Positions 8,907-17,117 of a stretch of 31,723 nt of DNA are shown here, one piece after another. A model generated the notes under the pieces. The model was not told the origin of the DNA. It did no database searches and was given only the letters and a program-made list of their open reading frames with translations. Source of the stretch: an uncultured Thermomicrobiales bacterium (GTDB lineage Bacteria; Chloroflexota; Chloroflexia; Thermomicrobiales; UBA6265); NCBI GenBank assembly GCA_902806365.1, contig CADCWJ010000488.1, positions 1-31,723 on the forward strand, given 5' to 3'. The stretch's first letter is position 1, and the number at the start of each line of letters is the position of its first letter. The position numbers and the translations under genes were made by a program.

Positions 8907-10030
8907 GACGGCCATCCAGCGGTGAGGGAGGCGAGGTGACGCTTCAGGATCAATTCGAGGTAATGGATCGGATAGAGCAGTGTCGGCCAGCGCGGGTCGT
9001 TCCGTGCTCGCGGAATCCGCTCGGCCAGCAACCAACCGGAGATCTCGTCGATCTGTTCCGTGGTGCAGACCTCGTGGGCAGCTTCGACGCGGACCAGCGA
9101 ATGCCGGGCGTCCATCCCCGAGGCATCCCACAGCCGCATGTACCACATCGTTCGTCCCTCCGACACCGTGCCCGCTTCATCGGAGGTGTCGGTATTGCTG
9201 ACATAGCGGAAGGCGGTCGTCCGGTGCCCTTGGGGCAGGTTGAACAAGGTCTCGGCCTCGTCGCCGACGAGATGTTGCGTCTGGAGATCCTTGACCAGCC
9301 CGACGGCATTCGGGACATTTTCGGAAAGCCGGCCATCGACGGCGATCCAGGCGTCGGAAGCGAGGGGCGAGATGTCGCGCCTCCAGTGGGTGAGAAGATG
9401 ATCCTCCTGTTCCGCTCGGAGCCGGTTGGCGAGATCCCGGGAATTATAGACAAGCTTTCCGTAATGACCGGCGAGGAACTCGTAATGCTCGAAGCGTCGT
9501 CCGTGCCGGTCGTACAGGGGATCGTGGAGATCCCCGAAGTGATTCAGGATCTCCGCGAGGCGTTTCAGGTCGGGTCGACCAGTTTCAAGGGGGAAGATCC
9601 AGGATTGTTTCGACCCGAACGTCTCGCCGGCGAGCCAGGGCGCCCCGGCGTCGTCGCGTTCGAGAATGCCCACAGCGCTGAGCCCGACCACGATCGGGAC
9701 CAACCCGATCCGCCAGACCGGCAGCGTCTGCTGGCTGCCATCGAGAAAGTAGCGGAACCGCGAGGCTCCGGGCATGGCCTGCGCCACGGCCCGCGCGGCG
9801 ATCCGGCCCTCGATCCGCTCGATCGTCAATGGCCAAACGCTTGGAAGCCGGCTGGGATCTTCGATAACGCCGCCTCCGCCGATCCCAAGCTCCAGCGACC
9901 CTGATCGGCTCATATCGTTGGCGCCGATCCGTTCGCGATCGAGCATGCCTTGAATCCGGCCCACGTTGGTTTTCAGGGTCGGAGTCATGGCGGTGCTTGA
10001 AAAGTCCTGCGGTTGGGGAACGGCGTGCAT
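8903..10030 (-). CDS. nurA: NurA-family nuclease (RNase H fold), about 361-375 aa
   Basis: Motifs YFLDGSQ, IAVDGRL, GLVKD, YMRL, RVE and the C-terminal LYPIHYLE..LK match NurA spacing, and the gene is coupled to herA. Start is uncertain: ATG 10030 or ATG 9988. Confidence 0.78.
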   Translation of the reverse strand: MHAVPQPQDFSSTAMTPTLKTNVGRIQGMLDRERIGANDMSRSGSLELGIGGGGVIEDPSRLPSVWPLTIERIEGRIAARAVAQAMPGASRFRYFLDGSQQTLPVWRIGLVPIVVGLSAVGILERDDAGAPWLAGETFGSKQSWIFPLETGRPDLKRLAEILNHFGDLHDPLYDRHGRRFEHYEFLAGHYGKLVYNSRDLANRLRAEQEDHLLTHWRRDISPLASDAWIAVDGRLSENVPNAVGLVKDLQTQHLVGDEAETLFNLPQGHRTTAFRYVSNTDTSDEAGTVSEGRTMWYMRLWDASGMDARHSLVRVEAAHEVCTTEQIDEISGWLLAERIPRARNDPRWPTLLYPIHYLELILKRHLASLTAGWPS

Positions 10031-10060
10031 CACGGAAACCCGATTCGTTTGGCCGGAAGG

Positions 10061-10074
10061 CGAACACCTGTGCT
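10061..10074 (-). promoter_or_regulatory. Candidate LexA (GAAC-N4-GTTC type) operator upstream of nurA
   Basis: CGAAC-ACCT-GTGCT has one mismatch in the core. It lies 8 nt downstream of a minus-strand TATACT -10-like hexamer (10082-10087). Confidence 0.4.
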
Positions 10075-10294
10075 GACGCGGAGTATAGCGGAGAGGTGGA
10101 GCAATATTCCGGTGCCGGCGACGTTGGGAGACCACCGGCTTCGGCCGGGAATTCACGGATGTTGGAACCATGCCGGAACCGGAACTCACCTTGCCGACCG
10201 ACACAAAACACCGGCTGACCAGCGAATCGGTCGACTGGGCCCGCATATCACACGCGGGACTCCAACAGCTTCCGGTACGTGCCGCCTATGTACG

Positions 10295-10303
10295 TACACT
10301 ATA
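10295..10303. promoter_or_regulatory. Overlapping divergent -10-like hexamers
   Basis: TACACT on + (10295-10300) and TATAGT on - (10298-10303) sit in an AT-rich palindromic island. No clear -35 was found. Confidence 0.35.
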
Positions 10304-10366
10304 GGTTGAGTCCCTTGCTCGCGTCAATCGAGGTTTCGAGGCCGGAACCGGAATAGCGGAGAGAAG

Positions 10367-10426
10367 GTGGTACGGTTCACTCTCCGTGCGACTTCGCCCG
10401 CTCGGCGGCGATCCCTTCCGCCGTGA
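10367..10426 (+). CDS. Putative 19-aa Arg-rich leader peptide (MVRFTLRATSPARRRSLPP) upstream of argH
   Basis: GTG is preceded by GGAGAG. There are 5 Arg codons, including CGG CGG CGA, and the stop is TGA at 10424-10426. The ORF overlaps alternative hairpins. Confidence 0.35.
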   Translation: MVRFTLRATSPARRRSLPP

Positions 10427-10509
10427 AAACCACCAACGGCCCGACGCGAGAACCGTGAACCGGTAGCAACGAGCGGCGCGATATCGACGCAAAGGAGACG
10501 TTCTCGAGC

Positions 10510-12018
<1,509 letters not shown>

Positions 12019-12054
12019 ACCCACACGGGCGACGTGTCTTCAATCGGTCGGGCG

Positions 12055-12075
12055 CTACAGGTGATCCTGTAGACT
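12055..12075 (+). promoter_or_regulatory. Inverted repeat overlapping a -10-like hexamer upstream of treY
   Basis: CTACAGG-TGAT-CCTGTAG (12055-12072) overlaps TAGACT (12070-12075). Confidence 0.3.
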
Positions 12076-12135
12076 CGGGAGCAGCGCTCACCTTGCCGGA
12101 AGCAAATTTTTCACCTTCGCGTTTCGGGAGCAACC

Positions 12136-15100
12136 TTGGCACAATCGACCTCTTATGACCTGTCACGGGCCGTGTCTGAAGTCATGGCCGCCTTCCGCGA
12201 TCGGCCCCGGCCGAGAGCAACCTATCGCCTGCAGCTCAATCACGAGTTCACATTTCGGCAGGCCGAGGCGATCGCCCCCTATCTCGCGTCGCTGGGCGTA
12301 TCGCATGTATACGTCTCACCGATTCTGAAAGCGGTGCCTGGTTCGATGCACGGCTACGACGTCGTGGATTACGGGGTGCTCAATCCGGAGATCGGCACCC
12401 AAGGCGACTTCGATTCGTTCGTGTCCACATTGCACGGGCTGGACCTCAAGCTGATCGTCGACTTCGTTCCCAACCACATGGGAATCGAGAGCGGGCAGAA
12501 TGCCTGGTGGCAGGATGTGCTGGAACACGGAGAACAGTCCCCGTACGCTGGATATTTCGACATCGACTGGAGCCCGGTCAAGCAGGAAATTCGCGGCAAG
12601 GTGCTGTTGCCGTTTCTCGGTGATCAGTACGGCGCGGTGCTCGAACGGGGTGAGCTGAAGCTGGTTTTCGAGAATGGCGAGTTTCGGATCCATTACTGGG
12701 AACAGCCTTTGCCGATCTCGCCAGCGACGTACCCGCTGATCTTGCGACTCGTCGATGAACGACTTGAGGGGCAGATTGCTTCGGACGACCTCGAGCTTCT
12801 GGAGCTTCGGAGTGTGCGGACCGCGCTCGAACGCCTGGACAGCCTCCTCGATGCCGAAGAGCCGGCGACGCTGGAGACGCAGCGAGCAACCTGGCGGCAG
12901 GAACAGATCCTTGCCAAGCATCGCCTTAACGCGCTCTGCGAGCGATCGCTTCTGGTTGAAGAGGCCCTGACGGATGTCGTCACTGCGATGAATGGCGTTG
13001 TCGGCAAGTCGGCAACCTTCGATCTCCTGGACGATCTGCTCGATCACCAGCACTACCGCCTGAGTTCATGGCGCGTCGCCGCTGAGGAAATCAACTACCG
13101 GCGATTCTTCGCGATCAACTCCCTCGCCGCAGTCCGTCAGGAGATCCCCGAGGTTTTCGATGACGCTCATTGCTTCGTGGCAACCCTGATTGCGGATGGC
13201 CAGATCGATGGGCTCCGGATCGATCATCCGGACGGATTGTGGGACCCTGCGGAATACTTCCGGTCGTTGCAACGGCTGGTAGTCGAGGTGGCAGTGCGCC
13301 GGAGAATGAATCTCGACCGTTCCGCCCCCATGAGCGACGACGAGTGGGCTGAGAACCGCACCGCGGTGCGCTCCGAAATCGACGCGGCGCTCGATGGGCA
13401 GGCGGGAACTGGCGACCGCTGGCCACTCTATGTGGTCGCCGAGAAAATCCTGGAGCATGGGGAAACGCTGCGGGATGACTGGGCGGTCGCTGGCACCGTC
13501 GGGTACGAATTCGCCCAGGCAGCCACTGGCGTGTTCGTCGAGGGCGCGCATCGTCAGCGTTTTGATCGCCTGTACGCTCAGTACACCGGGGACCGCATCC
13601 GATTCAATGACCTTGTGTACGACATGAAGCAGCGGATGATGCAGGAGGCCTTCGCCAGTGAAGTCAACGTGCTGGCCCACGAGCTTAACCGGATCTCGGA
13701 GCAGGACCGGCACTTCCGAGACTTTACGCTCAACAATCTGCGCAACGCGCTGCGAGAAATCCTCGCCTGCTTTTCCGTCTATCGGACCTACACCACGACC
13801 GACGAACTCGCCGACGACAATCGCGACCGCCGGTACATTGAGAGCGCGGTGGCTCAGGCCAAGCGCCGGAATCCGGCTATCGACATGTCAGTGTTCGATT
13901 TCATTGCCGCGGTGATGTTGAGCGCGGTTCCGGAGGATCCGGCGGTTCCCTCGCGGGCACGGCGAAACCGGTTCTCCATGAAACTTCAGCAGTTGTCTGG
14001 ACCAGTGATGGCGAAGGGGCTGGAGGACACGGCCTTCTATCGCTTCAACCGCCTGGTGTCGCTAAACGAGGTCGGTGGCGATCCCAGCAGCTTTGGAATG
14101 GCGGTCGAGGAGTTCCATCGCCAGAACCAGGCCCGGCGCCGATCCTGGCCCTTTGCCATGATCAACTCGTCGACGCACGATACGAAGCGTGCTGAAGACG
14201 TCCGTGCGCGCATCTGTGTCCTCAGTGAGATCCCGGCGGAGTGGCGCGCCGCGCTCACGCGATGGAGCCGAGCGAACCGGAAACTGAAGCGCCGGGTGGA
14301 CGGTGTGCTGGCGCCGAGGCGCGCTGACGAGTACGTCCTGTATCAAACACTGGTCGGGACCTGGCCACTCCTGGAAACAGACGCCGATGGTTGGAAACGC
14401 TACGTGACGCGGGTACAGGAGTACGTCGTGAAGGTCGGCCGCGAGGCCAACCGGTTCACGAACTGGGTGAACCCGGACGAAGCGTACGAGGCGGCCCTGA
14501 CCGGGTTCGTGGCCGGGATCCTGGATTCCAGGAAGTCCCGCGCATTTCTCGCCGATTTCCAGGGGTTCATCGACCGTTTCGCCGACGCGGGCATGCGGAA
14601 CGCGCTCGGGCAGCAGGTCCTGAAGCTGACGTCACCAGGCGTTCCGGATCTCTACCAAGGCACGGAATTGTGGGACGACAGCCTGGTCGATCCTGACAAC
14701 CGACGCCCGGTTGATTTCGACGTCAGAGCGGCGTTGCTGGCCTCTGGTGACGGCGCGGCGTCGCTCTGGAATGCTCGGCGGAGTGGCACGGTCAAGCTGG
14801 CAGTGACGAAGACGCTTCTGGACGTGCGTGCCAGGCATCCGGACCTCTTTGCTGACGGTGATTACAAGCCGATCTCGATCAGCGGTGACCGGCAGCGCCA
14901 CGCCGTCGCGTTCTCGCGGCGGCGGGGACGCGAGCAAGCGATCGTGGTCGTGGCCCGGCTGACTGCGGGTCTCGATCCCGGTGATGGCGACGGCCCATGG
15001 GCGAATACCCGGATCGTCCTGCCCGACCACGCGGCGGATTCGCCCTTCACGGATGTGCTGACAGGTGCGACGCCGACCATCTCAACGGGCGACGACGGAC

Positions 15101-15189
15101 AGCCAACCCTGATGCTTTCGGAGCTTTTGTTCCCGCTGCCCGTTGCGGTCTTGCTGTCATCCGGGCCCGAGGAAGGAGATGCGGCGTGA
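12136..15189 (+). CDS. treY: Malto-oligosyltrehalose synthase (GH13), 1017 aa
   Basis: PRATYRLQL, GSMHGYDVVD, DFVPNHMG, GLRIDHPDGL, VAEKIL, STHDTKR and PGVPDLYQG. TTG start follows GGGAG. Confidence 0.96.
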   Translation: MAQSTSYDLSRAVSEVMAAFRDRPRPRATYRLQLNHEFTFRQAEAIAPYLASLGVSHVYVSPILKAVPGSMHGYDVVDYGVLNPEIGTQGDFDSFVSTLHGLDLKLIVDFVPNHMGIESGQNAWWQDVLEHGEQSPYAGYFDIDWSPVKQEIRGKVLLPFLGDQYGAVLERGELKLVFENGEFRIHYWEQPLPISPATYPLILRLVDERLEGQIASDDLELLELRSVRTALERLDSLLDAEEPATLETQRATWRQEQILAKHRLNALCERSLLVEEALTDVVTAMNGVVGKSATFDLLDDLLDHQHYRLSSWRVAAEEINYRRFFAINSLAAVRQEIPEVFDDAHCFVATLIADGQIDGLRIDHPDGLWDPAEYFRSLQRLVVEVAVRRRMNLDRSAPMSDDEWAENRTAVRSEIDAALDGQAGTGDRWPLYVVAEKILEHGETLRDDWAVAGTVGYEFAQAATGVFVEGAHRQRFDRLYAQYTGDRIRFNDLVYDMKQRMMQEAFASEVNVLAHELNRISEQDRHFRDFTLNNLRNALREILACFSVYRTYTTTDELADDNRDRRYIESAVAQAKRRNPAIDMSVFDFIAAVMLSAVPEDPAVPSRARRNRFSMKLQQLSGPVMAKGLEDTAFYRFNRLVSLNEVGGDPSSFGMAVEEFHRQNQARRRSWPFAMINSSTHDTKRAEDVRARICVLSEIPAEWRAALTRWSRANRKLKRRVDGVLAPRRADEYVLYQTLVGTWPLLETDADGWKRYVTRVQEYVVKVGREANRFTNWVNPDEAYEAALTGFVAGILDSRKSRAFLADFQGFIDRFADAGMRNALGQQVLKLTSPGVPDLYQGTELWDDSLVDPDNRRPVDFDVRAALLASGDGAASLWNARRSGTVKLAVTKTLLDVRARHPDLFADGDYKPISISGDRQRHAVAFSRRRGREQAIVVVARLTAGLDPGDGDGPWANTRIVLPDHAADSPFTDVLTGATPTISTGDDGQPTLMLSELLFPLPVAVLLSSGPEEGDAA

Positions 15190-17057
15190 GTGATGGCTGG
15201 CGGCCGGCAGCCGGCGCGAACGTTGGTTCTGGAGGGGTGGAGTTCAGGGTTTGGGCCCCGAACGCTGAATCGGCCGAGGCCGAGGTCGTGAGCCCCGAAG
15301 ACGTAGAGCCGAGGAGGGTGGCACTGGAGCGCGGAGCTGAAGGGTGGTTCCAGGGCGTGGACCCGCATGCTCGCGCAGGATCGCGCTATGGATTCCGGCT
15401 GGACGGACGGGCCGCCCTGCCTGATCCGTACTCGCGGTTCCAGCCGGACGGCGTGCACGGGCTTTCGGAGGTGATCGACCCGTTCGCCTATCGCTGGGGC
15501 GACGACGGGTGGACTGGCGTCGTAAGCGATAATCTGATCATTTACGAGCTCCATGTCGGCACGATGACCGGAGCCGGAACCTTTGAAGGTGTGATTGGTC
15601 AGCTCGACGCCCTTGTCGACCTCGGTATCAATCTGATTGAGCTCATGCCGGTTGCGCAATGCCCCGGAGATCGGAACTGGGGTTACGACGGCGTCGGCAT
15701 TTTCGCGCCCTCCCATGCCTATGGCCGCCCGGACGATCTTCGCTGGCTGGTAGACGAAGCGCACCGGCGGAAGATCTGGGTGATCCTCGACGTCGTCTAC
15801 AACCATCTCGGCCCGGAGGGGAACTACCTCCACGCCTATGCTGACGCCTACTTCACCGACCGGCACCCCACACCGTGGGGCGACGGGTTCAATTGGGACG
15901 GGCCGGCGAGCGAGCCGGTCCGGCAGTTCGCGATCGACAATGCGTGCTCCTGGGTCGCGGAATTCCATGTCGACGGGTTCCGGCTGGACGCCACGCATGC
16001 CCTGATCGACAACAGCCCGGTGCATATCGTGCAGGAGCTGACCGCACGTTCGCGGGAAGCTGCTGCACCGCGGTTGATCGTCGTCTTCGCGGAAGACGGT
16101 CGCCACGAGATCACCCGCGCCCGCTCCCTGGAGCGAGGTGGCGAAGGGCTCGACGGTATCTGGGCCGACGAGTTTCACCACGAGATGCGGGTGCTGCTGA
16201 CGAACGCCCGCGAGAACTACTACGCGTCCTATACCGGGACGACGACCGCGATCGGGACCGCCATCGCCACCGGGTTGGAGCAGGATTTCGCTGGGAAGGG
16301 CCATCCGGTCGGGACGCCGATCACCGCGGAAGACCCGGCTTCCGCGTTTGTCTTTTGCATCCAGAATCACGATCAGGTTGGGAACCGGCCATTCGGCGAC
16401 CGGCTCCACCACGAGATCAACCTCGACCGCTACCTGGTCGCCTCGGCCCTGCTCCTGTTTGCGCCCGAGACGCCGCTCCTGTTCATGGGGCAGGAATTCG
16501 CGGCGTCAACACCGTTTCTCTATTTCACCGACCACCCCGAGGAGCTTGGTCGCCTCGTCACGGAGGGGCGACGCAATGAGTTCGCCGGATTTCGGGCGTT
16601 CCACGATGAGCGGCTGCGCGAGACGATTCCCGATCCGCAGGCGGAGTCGACGTTCGTGCGCTCGAAGCTCGACCTCACCGACCGGGAGGTGAATGCAGGT
16701 GTCCTTCAGCTCTACACCTCGCTGATCCGGTTGCGGCGGAGCGACCAGGTGCTTCGGGTCAATGACCGCTCTCAGACGTCCGCCCATGGCGTGACCGCCG
16801 AAGTGGTGCTTGTTCACCGCTGGGCGGGTGACGAGCATCGCCTCCTGATCGCGAACTTCGGCAGCGCGATCACGTTACCGGTCGCAGGTGATGCCTGGCG
16901 CAATGTTCCCGGGCTGGAAACGGCCGAGCTGATGTTCTCGACGTCGGACCGGCGATTCGGCGGAACCCCCGGCACGCCGCTGGTCGAGCGGCATGGAACA
17001 CGCTGGATGGTCACCGTACCGGGCCGGTCGGCGGCGATCTGGTCGCTTACCACATAG
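15186..17057 (+). CDS. treZ: Malto-oligosyltrehalose trehalohydrolase (GH13), 623 aa
   Basis: FRVWAP, PDPYSRFQPDGVHG, YELHVGT, NWGYDG, DVVYNHLGP, GFRLDATHA, QNHDQVGNR and FMGQEF. GTG at 15186 overlaps the treY stop (GTGA) and has AGGAG upstream. Confidence 0.96.
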   Translation: MSDGWRPAAGANVGSGGVEFRVWAPNAESAEAEVVSPEDVEPRRVALERGAEGWFQGVDPHARAGSRYGFRLDGRAALPDPYSRFQPDGVHGLSEVIDPFAYRWGDDGWTGVVSDNLIIYELHVGTMTGAGTFEGVIGQLDALVDLGINLIELMPVAQCPGDRNWGYDGVGIFAPSHAYGRPDDLRWLVDEAHRRKIWVILDVVYNHLGPEGNYLHAYADAYFTDRHPTPWGDGFNWDGPASEPVRQFAIDNACSWVAEFHVDGFRLDATHALIDNSPVHIVQELTARSREAAAPRLIVVFAEDGRHEITRARSLERGGEGLDGIWADEFHHEMRVLLTNARENYYASYTGTTTAIGTAIATGLEQDFAGKGHPVGTPITAEDPASAFVFCIQNHDQVGNRPFGDRLHHEINLDRYLVASALLLFAPETPLLFMGQEFAASTPFLYFTDHPEELGRLVTEGRRNEFAGFRAFHDERLRETIPDPQAESTFVRSKLDLTDREVNAGVLQLYTSLIRLRRSDQVLRVNDRSQTSAHGVTAEVVLVHRWAGDEHRLLIANFGSAITLPVAGDAWRNVPGLETAELMFSTSDRRFGGTPGTPLVERHGTRWMVTVPGRSAAIWSLTT

Positions 17058-17093
17058 CGAAAGCGCTCGTCTCACTGTGACGAACGCTTTCGC
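17057..17093. terminator. Hairpin between convergent treZ and the molybdoenzyme gene, probably a bidirectional terminator
   Basis: GCGAAAGCG/CGCTTTCGC (9 bp), a 1x1 mismatch, TCGTC/GACGA (5 bp) and a 7-nt loop. No clear U-tract. Confidence 0.6.
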
Positions 17094-17117
17094 GGGAGTG
17101 GACTAATCGGGACGAAG

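Noticed and set aside
10059-10068. GGTGTTCGCC on the minus strand, resembling the fluoride riboswitch core
   Set aside because: The upstream GAUG and downstream GCUGAUGAC elements are absent, and the downstream gene is not a typical fluoride-riboswitch target.
10031-10246. N-terminal extension of nurA to 10246 in the ORF track (similarly 8907-9146 for herA, 14997-15185 for treZ, 25457-25570 for BMP, 6715-6768 for sbcD)
   Set aside because: Better starts exist, supported by Shine-Dalgarno sites or stop/start overlaps (for nurA, only by the non-protein-like extension), and several extensions overlap neighbouring genes.
10362-10418. T-box-like GAAGG-TGGTAC...CCTTC upstream of argH
   Set aside because: The bulge is TGGTACG rather than UGGNACC, the second helix is poor, and I see no Stem I, specifier loop or U-tailed terminator.
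10092-10440. SAM-I-like fragments (AGAGGTGGAG; GGTGG...GTGAAAACCACC)
   Set aside because: The AUC..GAG P1, GCAACC and GUGC.AA elements are missing and the spacing is wrong.
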